A stretch of 63,922 nt of DNA from Guillardia theta CCMP2712 (GCF_000315625.1 NW_005434648.1:124079-188000); one strand, 5' to 3'. Positions 11,921-26,119 are shown, numbered from the stretch's first letter. The notes: generated by a model from the letters alone, not told the origin. Program-made: numbers and translations.

Positions 11921-14900
11921 ATGGAGGAGGCCAAGACGAGCGGGACAGGGGGAGCAGGGGAGAGGGAGGAAGAGGCTAGCCCAATGATATTCATGCACTC
12001 ACATGAAGATGAACGAGCGGACGGGCGGTCGGTCGCAGGGACAGATGGACAGCAAAGCAAACAGTATGTGACGTAGACGGAGACTGAGGTTGAAGAGGGG
12101 AGGGCGGAGTGCCATGGTCGCCGTTCGAGTTCGAGATGAAACTGGCAAGCGACAACCTCGTGACTTGGTCACTGTTTGAATCGCTGGATTCATTCGCATC
12201 TTGAGGAATGCAAGCTGGTCAAGGAGGGCAGAGCCTTCAGTGGTCGGCATCGTCAAGCCAGCCACTTCCTTTCCGACGCTGGCGGTCAAACCCAGCCTTG
12301 AACCAGGATGGTGCCTCTCCTGCTAGCCTCAACGATTACGGTGAGTTTGATCCACAGTCAACATGTTTGTGATCTGTATGTTTGAAGCCACTGGCTGCGA
12401 TGTCAAGGAAGATGAGGAGGATCGGGCGAGCATTCTCAGCCTGGATAGCGACTCCACCAGCGGGCCATTCTTCTGGTATAGAGTCATCGCCAAGCACTTC
12501 CCCAAGGTCACAGAGAGCACTGTGTCTCTCATCCTCCTCCTGATCGACTAGTGCCCCACAGGCACGAAACTGCCACACAGCCACCATGGTCGGAGACAAG
12601 ATGCTTGTGTTCGGTGGGTTTGGGGGAAGCAAGTGGTTCGAAGAGCTCTGGGTCTTCGACACCCCCAGCATTGAGTGGCACAAGCCAGAGCTTCAGAGCA
12701 GCGCCATGGAGGGAAGTCCCTCCGCCAGGTACGCGCACACGGCTGTATCCTTCCGCGGCTTGCTGTACGTGTTTGGAGGGTACGGAGGAGGAGATGGCTG
12801 GCTGGGAGACTTGTGGGTCTTGGACACGCAGGTGAGGATGGTGGAGGTCCTGACGGGTGAGATCTGATCCGCCATGCAGGCGATTCGCGTGCGCGATCAA
12901 AGCAAGGTGACGATGGCGTGGCTCAGCCCCAACACCTCGGGGACGGTGAGTGGGGAAAGAGAGTTGATGTCGGGTGCGAGTGATGCTTGTACTCAGCCTC
13001 CTCCTCCTCGAGCGGCACACACAGCCAACATTGTTGGCAGCAAGATGTATATCTTCGGGGGGAACAACGGATCTTACAGGATGAACGACTTTTACTCGCT
13101 TGACACCCAGGTGCTGACTATGCGTCAATGATCTGAGCGTTTCGATTGATCTGCTCTCAGACGATGGTCTGGAGGAAAGAGATCTGCAAGGGAGACATTC
13201 CCAAACCCAGAGCAGGGCACACCATGTGGAGATGAAGGATCTTGCGTTGCCTCCTCCTCACCTGCCAGTACCAGGACATGCCTGTCATCGGAGAGCTCAA
13301 ACGATGATGAGAAGTCCCAGCTCCTCCTCTTTGCCGGTCGGCTCCTCCACTGCCCTGCCGTCTCCTCGAGCTGAAGGTTGTGAACGCCAGGAGGGGATGT
13401 GACGGACGTGTACAACGACATGTACATCATCGACGTTGACTGCATGGAGTGGAGGGAGGTAGCCACGTCGGGCCCTCGACCCTCGCCGCGAGCAGGCCAC
13501 TGGTGAAGAGGAAGGAGAGGATGGGCAGGCACTGAACAGCTACCTTGACAGCGCCGCTGCTCTGCCGGATGGGAACGTGCTGGTGTGGGGGGGAGGAAGC
13601 GTTGGGCGGCTGCACAACGACCTGCACCTGTTGCAGGTGAAGACGATGCAGTGGACAGGAAGCATCGACCTCAAGGTTTGAGACAGACTTTCTCCTCTAA
13701 CTCCTCCTCTCTTGTCCTCCCTCAAGTCCTTCCACCCTCTCTCGCTGATCCTCCACTTCCTCTTGTCCGTTCCCCCGCCGCTCCTCCTCGTGTCCATCGC
13801 TCTCACCCCCTCCCCCCGTCTCCCTCTGCTCACTCGTTCTTCAAGATGTCACCGGAGCCTCGGGTTGGTCACTCGCTGTGCATGTGGGGGACTGAGATGT
13901 ACATCTTCGGCGGGGGAGACTCCCAGGTACCTGGCTGACCCAGCGTCACTTGGCGTCGTCCTGCTGAAGTCTTCCCTTCAGTCGGTGTTTGGAGATCTTT
14001 GCATCTTGGACACAGAAGCCCTGCTGCAGTCGGACACTTACACAGGCATCTACTGGTGGCCCCTTCCTCGCTCCCACTGACTCGCCATCCAGGGAACCTC
14101 TACTCCAGTAGCGCCTCGCGTGAGCACAGCCCCAGCACCAAGGCCTTGAGTCACCCCGAGTTCGAGCTCAGGCTGTCTGGTCAGGTCGGGTGACCTGCCG
14201 ACGGCGGCTGGCAGATGACGTTGATCGCAGACGTCCTTGTCCTCTCTCGAGCAGCTCTCTCCAGACCAGGGCCAAGGTGACAAGTTTCACTCCTCCCCCT
14301 CCCTGCTGACTCCTGCGGCAGTGGAGGATTTTGGTAGCGAGGAAGGCACTAGGGAAGTTGAGGAGAATCGGGCAAAGAGCAAGGCTGTCGACCAGGTCGC
14401 TGGAGGGGACCGGGAGACGGGCAAGGTCTGTCAAGATGGGGCAAGCAAGGACGTCGGGAATCACTTGAACGAGCCGGGGAAAACTTCAGCCTCCTCAGAC
14501 GCTTCGAGGCAGAGGGGGCAGAACTCGCTCGCCTCGCTCCCGCAGCGGACGCTGAACTCACTCGAGGACAAGTTGAAGAATCGACCGAGCAAGGCGAGCC
14601 CCTTTTGCTGCTCCTGAATCTCTCCTCTACTTCTCTTCTCCAACCCGTCCTCTCCTCCTCTCGCCCTCCCCTTGCTCTCCTCCTCTCGCCCTCCCCGTCC
14701 TCTCCTCGCCTTCTCAACCTCTGACATGCTCCCCTCCTGCAGGAGGATCTGGTCCAGCAGAACATCCTCAAGGCAAGCACGGCCGTCACTCCCAACATCC
14801 TGGCAGCACAGCAAAGGCTGCTGATGAGGCAGATGGGCAGCACGTTGGAGAGGAAGCTGAGAAGGTGATGCAGCCTCTTGCTGCAGCGTCTCTGACATCC

Positions 14901-17099
14901 TTGTGCTGCAGTCGCCCTCAGATCCGCCAGCTCGTCCTCCACAACATCATCCCGGAGGAAGATGTCTACGAGGACCACGAGCATCGGCTCTGGGGTCACA
15001 TTCAGGTCAGGAGACGAACTGCAGGAGGAGCAGAGGAAGCTGGACCCCTGGGTTGGGAAGGGGGACAGGAGCGTGAAGGAGCGAGCAGGAGTAGATTGGA
15101 GGGAGGATGAAGAGGGCAGAGGAGGGGGAGGAGGAGGGGACCTGAGTCTTGTGACAGTCCTTCCACGGGTCGATGCCAGAGTTTGCAAAGAATCAAAACC
15201 GGCGGGACCTTAAAGTTGCTTACGGGCGAGAAGGTCTTGCGTCTGTGATAGACTGCATGCAGGTGAGCGGAGGACAAAGTGCCAGCGTACTTGTCCTCCT
15301 CCTCCTCCTCCTCCTCCTCCTCCTCCTCCTCCTCCTCCTCCTCCTCCTCTTTCTCCACTTTCTCCTCCTCCTCCTCCTCCTCCTCTTACCTCTCCTTTTC
15401 CTCTCCTCTCCTCTCCTGTTCCTCTTCTTTCCTCCGCCCTCTGATCACCGTCTCTCTGTGCGCTTGTTGCTGATTCCTGAGCTCCCACGGCAGAGCAACC
15501 TTATGGAGCGACTGGGTGCCATCCGTCAGGGCATCGACTCCCTCCGCCTCGCCCGCACTCGCGTCACGAGCATGTCAGCCACCTTCCTCTGCTTCCCGCC
15601 TGATCAACAACCGTGCAGGGCTGACTCGGGGGAGCTGAAGGAGAGGTCGGAGGAGGAAGAGGAGTGTCTGGAGCATCACGTCCGATCTCAGGTTTGGCAA
15701 GAGGGCAAGACAACTCTTTCACCTCTGCTGCAGATCAGGCTTGCGGAGAATTCCTGCCTTGAGTACCTGCAAATCGTGAGAACAGAACTAGCGCGGGAGG
15801 TAAGACAATCCTCCTCTTCCTTGACCTGTCCCGGCTGCTCCTCCTCTCTGCTCCTCCTCTCCTCTCCTCTCCTCCTTTCTCCCTCCTTTGCTTTTTCTCC
15901 TTCTTCCGCTTTCGATGCTTAAAATTTGTTTGCCCTGCTCTCTGCCTTTCCTTCTTCCCCTCCCCATCGGCTCCTCCTCTCTTCCTCTTAACGGATGTCA
16001 AAGGCTCATGTCTCCTCGGGGGCGGAAAAGGCAGCCTGTGGCAGCGCGCAAGCGACAGACAAGAAACCCGACGAGCGCGAGACCTCTGTTCCTCTTCCTC
16101 CTCCTGTGCCGAGCAGCTCGACCTCGCCGCAGAAGCAAGACGCCGACAGCGCGCGTCAAGACCAGGGCGGCAGAGAGGAGGAAAGGAGAGCAGCAGGAGG
16201 CGCGACAAAGGAGGACAAGTGCTCTGAGGACCAGCAGGAGGAGAGGGGGGTCAACCCGAGCCAAGTGAACCCACCCAAGAGTATGATGAAGCAGATCTAC
16301 GTGAGTGTCGATGCTGAGCGCTGCTCTCCCCCACCTGACCGGGTTGACGGGCAGAACAATCAGCTCCAGAGCCTCGAGAAGGAGGCGGAGGGCCTCCGAG
16401 AACACCTGGCTGTCAAGGAGCTCGCGCTCCGGATCCTGCAAGAAGATCACTGTAGATACTGCTTCCACTCCTTCTACGCCGAACACCTCCGGGGTGACGA
16501 CAGCGCGAGGAGCGCTAGCGAACAGGGGCCGCAGGAGCAGGTCAGGGCTGAACGACCCGGTCGAGCTGTCCCGCGCAGCGCCGTCATCGCGCTGCTGCCC
16601 AAGTGCTACCTCTGTCAGAGCTGTGCAGAGAGGATGAGCCAGGGCAACGAGGGCAAGGACATGCCCTGGTGAGCTCGAGCTAGGGGTTGAGGGGGAGGAG
16701 GAGCGTCTGAAGCACGGTTGCAGGAAGAAGACGCGGCGAGCTGGGAGAACGAACGCGACGGGTCGGAGGAACAGAAGGGCAGCGCAAGAGTCGCAGGGTG
16801 GCAACTCCCGGTGAAGAGGTGGGAGGGTGACGCGTAGCTGACGTCTCCTCGCAGACCGTCCTCCGCCACTCCCGAGGACAGCGGGGACGAGATCTTCGCG
16901 AGCGAGTCGAGCTCCGCAAGGCGTGCAAGGGAGCAGGTGAGGACGAAGTGGGGCTGTGCTCGAGCTCTGCTGATGGTTGGCGGAGGAGCAGGCGTCGGGC
17001 AAGCAGGAGCGAACGGTGCCCGAGGAATTCTTCGTGGGATCCGACGTGGAGCTGGAGCACTGTGCGACCGAATGCTTCAAGAGCCTGGCGATCCACTAG
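11921..17099 (+). CDS. Kelch-repeat beta-propeller protein (core about 12550-14020) with a low-complexity/coiled-coil C-terminal region; may be two genes
   Basis: Repeated PxxRxxH...GG...ND motifs: RNCHTATMVGDKMLVFGG, PSARYAHTAV..LYVFGG, PPPRAAHTANIVGSKMYIFGG, PSPRAGH, PEPRVGHSLC..MYIFGG. Confidence 0.75.
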
Positions 17100-17310
17100 G
17101 GCAAGTCTACCATGAGATGACCGAATGACAATGTCTGCTCGTGTATCTAGTGAAGGAGCTGATGCGAGAACTCATAGCTGACACGATGGTTTGAGTGCAA
17201 GCTGCGCGGAGGATAAGTGGAAGGGAAGCAGGGAGAGGGAGAGAAATAATGTGCTGAAGACGAGACGAAATCATGTGAGGGCCAGGGAAAGGGAGGAGGA
17301 AACGGGTTGG

Positions 17311-17323
17311 ACAGGCAGGCAAG

Positions 17324-17383
<60 letters not shown>

Positions 17384-17385
17384 CA
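17311..17385. repeat. (GGCA)n microsatellite
   Basis: Near-perfect 4-bp tandem run. Confidence 0.95.
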
Positions 17386-17589
17386 CGAAGTCATACTGTC
17401 ACATGTTGTTTCTTGTTCTGCATCAATTCGATTCTCACAAATATTTTCATCGGACCTTCTACCAGGGGTCAGGGGTGATCGATTCAGGACCCACTACCCC
17501 TATTTTCTATATCAAAGTACCGTAGTACATAACATATTCGAATGACCCCCACCCCCCCGGGGTTACAGCAACGCTCGTAGACCAGCAGC

Positions 17590-17749
17590 ATGGCGGGGCC
17601 TCTGGGAGGGCTGCCGGTGCGGGAGGCGTACAGGAAGGCGCGAGTGAACCCAGACGAGGTTGACATGGAGGGGCTGGGACTAGACATCACCACATGCTCC
17701 AAGGAGATCCTCATCAGGTTGCTCAACTCAGCTTGCCCTGAAGCAAACA

Positions 17750-17843
<94 letters not shown>

Positions 17844-17847
17844 CCTT

Positions 17848-17879
<32 letters not shown>

Positions 17880-17895
17880 CCTTCTGCTCCTCCTG

Positions 17896-17939
<44 letters not shown>

Positions 17940-19309
17940 CGAGGTATTCCTCATCCTGCTGCTGTTCTTCTCGTTCCTACTGCTGCTCCTCCTCCTGGTC
18001 TACCATAAGCTCCTCCACCCGCGTTCACACTCGGAGCTCGCAGGCCCAAGAAAAACGTGTGGGGTCGCCCCGTGCCTGTTGGGCCGAGGGACTTGCTCAA
18101 GGCCATGGGGTACTCGGAGAGCGGCTACCTCCTCCCTCTGAAGCACTGGAAGCCCGGCCTGAAGGAGGGGAACCACCCCTGCTGGCTCGAGGAAGGAGAC
18201 GAGAAGGTTCCCAAGTGTGCACACAGGATCCCGTACGTGACGGCGACGGGGAACTCAGTGAGGAGGGAGGAGCGCGATGCGAGCAGCGAGCTCACATGCG
18301 TGTAGGTTACTCCCTTCGTGGGCTTCGAGAAGGTGGACGACCTTGGGGCCTGCGTGCGATTCACATCGCCGTATGTGTATATAGGAAGAGAGAGGCAGTG
18401 GTTCCGGTGATGTGCTCCCCGCTCCTCTCCCTCCCTACCATCCTCCCTGCCTTCCTGCATCCCTCCCTGTCCCCCTGTCTCCCTGCCCCCTCCGCACTCT
18501 CCTCTCTCGCTCTTGTCTCGCTTCCCCCTCCTCGCTCTCCTCTGAGCGCTCGGCAGACTAACAGGAGACCACCCTCCGGAGGAGACGAGGCAGCTGACAG
18601 TGAGGCATCTGTCGTATCTGCTGGGGCTGGTGTACGAGGAAGGGACCTTGGATTGCGAGTGCGTCATATGAGATCTCCAGCACGAGAGACCTGACGCTGC
18701 GCAGGTACGGGTGGGTGCGCAAGTACCCCAAGACCGCCCATGAGCAGCTGGCGCAGCTGTACTACAACGGCCTGCAGGTGAGGGAGGAGCGGGAGTGTCG
18801 AGCCTTGTGTGAGGAGGGAAGATGATGGCTGGACAGGAGCACTCGCCCTCCTACTCCATCTACTACCTGGCCGGGAGGAGCTACAACGACATCCTGAGCT
18901 TCGATGCGAGGAAAGCAGAGTTCAGCCCCGAAGAGCTCGCCAAGAAGAAGCGAGAGGAGCAGCGGGCCAAGGAAGTTGCCATCCAGTCAGCCTCTCCTCC
19001 TACCTCCTGCTGTGTGGTGATGGGTGAGACGCCTGCAGGCAAGAGCGAACGAGAGCACTGGAGCGCCAGACGCTGCTCAAGGAGCTGGCATCGATGGCGA
19101 AGCAGGAGGACGAAGACTTCCGGAAGAGCTTGAGGAACAAGCAGCTGGACGGTCGGGAGGAGGCGCGCATGTGACTCGAGGATGCTGACGTTCACGCAGA
19201 GGAGTCGAAGAAGATCGAAGAGGCGATGAAGAAGCGAGACCAGAGGGAAATGATGCAGATGGCCCAAGCGAAGATGTTGGAGAGGATGAGGATGGAGCTG
19301 GAAGATTAA
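17590..19309 (+). CDS. Hypothetical protein, multi-exon
   Basis: MAGPLGGLPVREAY... with exons joined by GT-AG introns, ending ...MLERMRMELED*. No domain recognised. Confidence 0.6.
17751..17940. repeat. (CTCCTG)n microsatellite, intronic
   Basis: About 30 hexamer copies between a GT donor (about 17718) and a CAG acceptor (about 18043). Confidence 0.95.
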
Positions 19310-19400
19310 AACCGTCCAAGACCGACGGCTCCTTGAATCTCGACATCGAAACAAATACAAAAATCTGCACAGAGGGAAAGAGAAAAGAATAGACGACATG

Positions 19401-22400
19401 TCAGTAGTCTCCTGGCAGCATCAGTCTCAGCACGAAGACGCTCCCGTCAGCTGCCCCGCAGGCGATCTCCTCGTTGTCCTCCCCTGTGCTACCAGCGATG
19501 CATCGCAGAGGATGCGTGCTGGCAAAGAGAGCGACTTGATGCCACTGGAAGAACTCGGAGAACTCTCCCTGCATGTGCGACTTGGAGACTGCGAAGTGCT
19601 GGGAGCCCACTCGCACTCGCTCGTCCGGCCTGAACTCCTCGGCCTCCAGCTTCACTTTGAGCCAGGCTCGCACTGACCTGTCCTCCGACACAGTGAAGAG
19701 ATGCTTGCCGCTGGTGGCGAACGAGCACTGGTGGATGGGCCCGTAGTGACCTCGGATGACGGACAGGCAGGTGTACGGAGCTCCTGCCATCCACTCCCTC
19801 ACCGTCTGATCTGACGACACGGTATAGATGAATTGCCCGTCCTTGCTGAAGCAGCAGCCGTTGACTGCCTGCATGTGCCCCACGAGGGTCGCCAGGCAGT
19901 TCCCCCACTGCGTGTTCCAGACTTTCGCCGTCCCGTCGAGGGAGGTGGTGATAGCGCGCTCGCTCGCCATGGCTGGGTGGAAGCAGCAGGAGACAACCGC
20001 GTCCTCGTGCCGGTCTCGAATCTTCTCGACGCGCCATCCTCCCGTCCCCTCGATCTCAACCCCGAGCTTCAGCAGCAGCTTCTTCGACTCGATGTCCCAG
20101 ATGATGGCAGAGCCGTCGAAGGAGCCCGCAAGGACTCGACCGGCGCGCTCGTCCGGCGGCTGCTCGGGAGAGAAGGCGATGCAGGTCAGGTAGGTGGAGT
20201 TGTGCCTGAACTCTTCGTCCTCGCTCCCCGTCAGGTTCTTCCACAGCCTCACAGTCCCGTCGTAGAGTGAGGTCGTCAAGATCCCACTCTTCCTGTCCCC
20301 CACCAACGGTGAGAAGCAGCAGGAGGTGACTCGGTCGCCGTGCCCTTGGAAGCTCATGATCTCTCTCCCCCTCCTCCCTCCCCACAGCTTGATGCTGCCG
20401 TCTCCTGCTCCCGTCGCCAGCTCAGTCCCATCCGCGCTGTAGCTCGCGCATGTCACGTCGGTCTTGGGATGTCCCGTGAAAGTCTCCGCGGAGTCTGTGT
20501 CCTGGATCGCCCAGACCTGCGAAGCTCGTCAGTGCCAGCCTCACATGCAAGAGGAGGTGAAGGAAGCAGGAGAAGGAGGCTGGAGGAGGCTGAGGGAGGC
20601 TGGAGGAGGCTGGAGGAGGCTGGTGGAGGAGTAGGAAGACCTTGCATAGTCCGTCCATGGAGCCAGAGATGAGAAACTTGCCCAGGTGGTCGAACATCAC
20701 GTCGTTGACTCGCCCCGAGTGAGACCCGAAGCTCATCACGCTCATGGCCGTGCTAATGTCCACCAGGTCGATCCTCCCGCTGTCCAGCCCCACGGCCACG
20801 AACGAGCCGTCGGGGGAGAAGTGGCATGCTCGGATCTCGGCGCGGTCCTCGTAGTTGCTGATGAAAGCTCCTCCCCTCTCCACATCCCAGACTTTCATCG
20901 TGTGATCGAGACTCGCAGAGCTGATGCGATTCCCTTCGTCGTTGAAGTCGATGTGGACAACGACGGAGCTGTGGCCCTGGAGGACGTGCTTCAGGCTCAT
21001 CCCATCCGTCATGGAGAGGTCGAACACTTTCATCGTCCCTCCCTTCATCCCTGTCACCACTCTGTTCACGTTGGGGCTGATGGCGACGCAGGTGATGGGC
21101 GAGGGCCTGCCCTCCTCGTCCTCGTCGACGATCTCAAACATCTTCTCATACCTGTTGTAGATCTGCCCCGACGGGCTCGCCAGCTGCGGCAGGTCCCACA
21201 GGTTGACCAGCCCGTCGCTCGACACTAGGACCATCTTCTTCCCGTCGATGGACAGCGCTCCTCCGGAGATGAACGTGCTGCCCAGCACCTCCCTCGCCCT
21301 CTCCTTCAGGCTCATCATGTCGCACAGCACGACCGTCCCCTCCGCTGACACCGCCAGGAGCAGCCTCCCGTCCCCGGAGAAGGAGACCGACTTTGGGATC
21401 GCAGGGGTCGCGAACCCTCCGACCTCCAACCCGCTCCGACTGTCCCACACCGAGACTTTCCCTCCGAACCCGTCGGTCGACGCTGTCACGATCTGCCGCC
21501 CGTCTGGACTGTAAGCGACGCACTCGATGGGCCCGTTGCACTTGAGGGTCATGATACAGGGATCGCCCAGCTGGCTCTTGTTGAGGAACTTGAACCAGGC
21601 GACCTCAACCTTCTCGTTGCTCACGATGCGCAGCGCTTCCACCGCCACCGACGACTCGTCCGGCATGTTCGCCCCCTGCGCACAAGGAACACGTCACGCG
21701 TCGGAGGGGGGTGGAGAGGTGAGCACCTGCTGGATGACAAGCTCGGGGTGGAGCTTGAAGATATCTGCGAAGGTGTTGACGAACTTCTGGAAGTCTCCAA
21801 TCCTGATCCTCTGCAGAAAGCTCAAGGTCGGAATGCTGTCGTCATCCTCCTCGGAGTAGATGAAGTGAGTCGCATCCTGCAGACAACATGAGGCTCGTCT
21901 CTTCCCAGCGTCATAACTCTCTTCTCCAACTCTCCCTCCCTTCCCGTTCCCTAGTACCTCTCCCTTCCTCACTTCACTCCTCCCTCACCAGCGCGGCTGA
22001 AAAGTCCGTGAGCAGGTGATAGGGGTCAGCAGCCCGCGACTTCGTCTCGATGAACTTGAGGGAGGTCAAGAGGATCTCGACGAGCTTCCAGTCCTTTGCG
22101 AGGATCCGGTGGAAAATCAGGTCCTGGGTCGCGTGCACAAACTGCCACAGCAGCTCCGCATGCAGCCATCGCTCCATCACGGAGCCGCGGGCGTTGGCGA
22201 GCTCGTTGGGCTTCTCCTTGTTGATCTGGTGGCCGAAGAAGTCAGCGAGGCTTCGGTGAACTTCGGCCAAGCTGGTGGCTCTGTGCCAGAAGCACTTGTG
22301 CGTGCAGTATCGCTTCATCAGCTCCACCCTGATCCCCTCGTGCCGCAGTCGCAGGTCCTGCGCCCGGATGTCGTAGTGACCGCGAGGACGGAGCAGAGGA

Positions 22401-24706
22401 GCGAGGTCGCGGACGAAGCGAGCCCAGTCACTTGCCTTCTTGAGGCAGAGGAAGTTCTCCGAGTCCAGGTCCACATGGTCCTCTATGTTCGCCCGGTGTT
22501 CCGGGGAGGACAGGAGCAGCTGCAGGAGCTCAGCCTGCGACAGGCCGTACCTGGCCAACGCTAAGAACATCATTGAGTTCCGCACCAGCTCCTTGCCGTG
22601 CTTGTTCTCCAGCTGATCCAGGATGTGGTCGATGAGGCCCTCGAAGGTTCCGGGCAGCATGCTCGCTTCTTCGAGCGCTGGCAGCTTTCGCTCAAGGCTG
22701 AGGAGATACTCTACCGCCATCACCAGGTAGATGGCGAGGCCGCTGTCGGGCTTCTCCAGGACAGCTTCTGTCTCGTAGACTCCCAGGAGACCCGGATCTT
22801 CCTCCTCCTGCTGCTCCTCCTTGTCTCCCTCCTTGCCGCCCTTCGCATCCGCCTCGTCCTTTTCAGCCTTGTGCTTCTCCTTCTTGGCCTTCTTCTTCCT
22901 CTTCGATGGGCCTCTGATCTTCTCCCGCTGCAGGCGGCGCTGCATTCTCTCGTCCTTGAGCCGCTGCAGCTCGGCCATTGCCTTCTGCCTCATCGCCTCC
23001 TTCTGCCGGTTGAGCTCCGTTGTCACGGCCGTGTTGTGCTTCGTGACGAGGTAACGGAAGAGCGCGATCTTCTGCTCGCCGTCGAAGGAGTCCAGCTCGA
23101 TCACGTACCCCAGCTGCACCTTGCTGGAGACAACCTGCAGCTCCTTGTTGTCTAGCAAGCTCATGATGCTGATGCTCTCTCTTAGCAGGAGGGGCAGCCA
23201 CTCCAAGAGAGGAGGAGAGTACAGGTCCTGGACCTCAGAGACCGCATCGATGATGATGATGGGAGGCCGCCCTTGCTCCACCAGGTGCGTGATGATCTCT
23301 GAGATGTACTGCTTCACGTCCTCTATCGCATCAGGGATCGTTTGGAACCTCTTCGCACTTGAGTACTTGCTCAGCATCATACAGAGCGTCTGCAGGAGGA
23401 TCCGCGTGTCCCTCGACCCGCTCGTCGCCCCGACGAACAAGGGGCAGACGATGGCGTGCGGGTCCTCTAGCTGAATCTGCTTGGCGGCAGCGGCGAGCAC
23501 GAAACTCTTGCCGACTCCATGACGCCCGAGGAGGATAAGGGAGCCGTGCTTGGAAGTCTGAGCAAACTCAACTAAGAGATCGAGCGCATCCTGCCTGGCA
23601 ATGAAGGGCTCAGTGCCGTAGGCATCAACCGCATGCGTCCCGAAGGAATCGAGGTGATGCTTCTGACAGACAAGCTCCTTGGAGCAGACATCGACCACTC
23701 CATCCTCAAGGGCCCCGTCCTCCGGCTCTTCCACCATGAAGCGCATGTAGTTGTCGTTGTTGAACTGCAAGTTCGCTACATCGCGATTGAACGCAAAGTC
23801 AATGATCTTTGGCTTCTCCTTGACTTCCTCCTTCTCCTCGAACTCATCGTCTTGATCTTTGTCCGCAATCACCCCTTGTTTCTTCAGGTACTCCTTCCCC
23901 TTCTGCAGCACCACCTCCCTCTTCCTCGCCTTCGCTTCCACAGCGACGTCTGCCACCTCGTCTTTCATCTTGATCTCAATGTTCGCAGCTATCAGCGCCT
24001 CCTCTGACTTCGCTTTCACTTCCTGCACCGCAGCTTTCATGTCGCCCTCCACCTTGACGTCCTCGTTATCTCCTTCTCCCTTCGGGTTCACGTTTTCTGC
24101 CCTCCTCGTCAGGAGATTTCCCCGCTCCGCTCTCAGCTCTCTGATCTCTGCCTGCAGTGCTGCCTTGGCTGCCTCATCTGCAGCTGAGCGATTGGCGAGG
24201 TTCTCCTGCATCCTCCGGAGCTCCTGCCGCAGTTTCGTCTCCTTGGCTGCCACATCCGCCTTGTACTTCTCAAACTCCTCCTGCAGCTTTTCAAGAGCGT
24301 ACTTGTGCATGTACGCCTCCCTCTCGGGGTTGGCCATCTGGGCGAGATGAGCCTCCGCCTGGTCCTTTGCCTTTGTCACTTCCACGTTCTCAGACTTGAG
24401 CAGTCGAATCGCAGCCATCATCTCCTGAAGCTTCTGAATGAGCTCCTTGTTCCTGCTCTCTGAGTCCCCCAGCTTCTCGCCCAGGACTCGGATCTGATCC
24501 TGACTCTTGCGGAAGGCCGTCCGCAGCTTGTCCACGTCATCGTCAGCGTCACTCAATCGATCGATGTCGTCCAGGTTGTCAGGGCCCTGGGACGTTGTGT
24601 CCGAAGCCCCCGACCTGAAGCGAAGTCGGCTGAACAAGCCCTTGCCATGCCCGGCTGTGGAGCCGGTCGTCTCCGATCCTCCAGCCGCGCTTGCTCCTGC
24701 ACCCAT
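19401..24706 (-). CDS. STAND NTPase: coiled coil + NACHT-like + WD40 repeats (TEP1/NWD/HET-E-like architecture)
   Basis: MGAGAS N-terminus, coiled coil, FIARQDAL, Walker A GRHGVGKS (about 23504-23527), Walker B IIIIDAV, ARYGLSQAEL winged-helix region, then many GH...WD repeats in 19401-21666. Confidence 0.88.
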
Positions 24707-25236
24707 GGATCCCCTTGCGGTAGCAACAGGCGTACAATCGCCTGGGTCAGCACATATCAGGGGCAGGGGGGCGCCGTTATTTGATCATGCAGGAAGGAGC
24801 AGCGAAGAATCTCGTATACAACATGTCTGCTTTCCTGTCGCTCAGAAGGTCAGAGAGGGTTCAGCCCGGCTCCTCCCTCGCCGCTCCTACTTCCCCCTAG
24901 TCGCTCTCCCGCCATAGCCGTTGCAAACGGGTCCGCCTCAGGTGCTATCTGGGTCCCACCACCATGCGAGAAAAACTGGAGCGACGAACAAGATGACAGG
25001 GAGGAAGGGGGAAGGGGAGGGGGAAGGGGAAGGGGGAAGGGGAGGGGAAGTGCTTGTCAAGAGCAAGGCAGGTCGGGACGAGCAGCAAGAATTCTGCGAC
25101 CTCTATACGCATTTTAGCTCCTTGAACTTTCTACACACTCACATTCGCAGATTTATCAAAATAGTTTAAATTTCCGGTTCAACGAGTTACAGGGTAAGTT
25201 AAGAAGCTACAAAACTACAGGAAGTCCTCCTGCGCG

Positions 25237-26119
25237 TTAGTTGAGGATGATTTTTGTGAATTCCTTGTAGTCAATGATTCCATCGCCGTTGACATCGGCT
25301 TCACGGATCATTTCATCGACCTCTTCATCAGTCAATTTCTCCCCCAGGTTGGTCATAACGTGTCGTAGCTCAGCTGCTGAGATAGTTCCATTCCCGTCCT
25401 TGTCAAAGACGCGGAAAGCCTCAATGATGTCTTCCTCAGTATCCTGATCCTTCATCTTTCGAGCCATGATGGTGAGGAAAGAAGGGAAATCAACAGTTCC
25501 ATCGCCGTTGGGATCTACCTCGTTGATAATGTCCTGCAACTCAGCTTCCGTCGGATTCTTTCCCAGAGCACGAATGACAGTTCCTAGATCTTTTGTTGTG
25601 ATGGTACCATCGCCGCTCTTGTCGAACAGCGAGAACGCTTCCTTGTATTCAGCAATTTGTTCTTCAGAGAGTTGTTCAGCCTACAAATCAGGTTAGGAGA
25701 GATTAATTCTCAATACGTCACAAAACAGGAAAACGACCTAACAACAAGAAACGAGAAGGATACAATGGCCCTCCAAAACAACAAAACTTTTGCCTGGATT
25801 GCAACACATTTGCGAAAGAAACTTCACAACAATCATACAAATTCACATGACTTAAGCGCACGTATTTTTTTTCCGGTCCTTAATCCACACGCACTCATTA
25901 GGAAATCGAACCATTACACTAATACATTCTCTTGATAGATATTCGTCTCCTAGCACACACGAGCAACTATGTAAATGCAACAAGAATACCCCGGAACACT
26001 CGCTTGTATCGTACGACAACCACGACAATTAACCAGCATGTAGATGCTGATTCCCCCAAACAATCACCATTGCTTCCTCTCTTCGCATGACACACGTCTT
26101 GGTTGTCCTCACTCACCAT
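25237..26119 (-). CDS. Calmodulin-like protein (ATG-only exon 26117-26119, exon 2 at 25237-25680)
   Basis: M|[35 protein letters not shown]...[43 protein letters not shown]. Has the classic calmodulin intron directly after ATG (gtgagt...ttgtag). Confidence 0.92.

Noticed and set aside
17484-17954. SR-rich or poly-Leu ORFs
   Set aside because: These are translations of an intronic (CTCCTG)n microsatellite.
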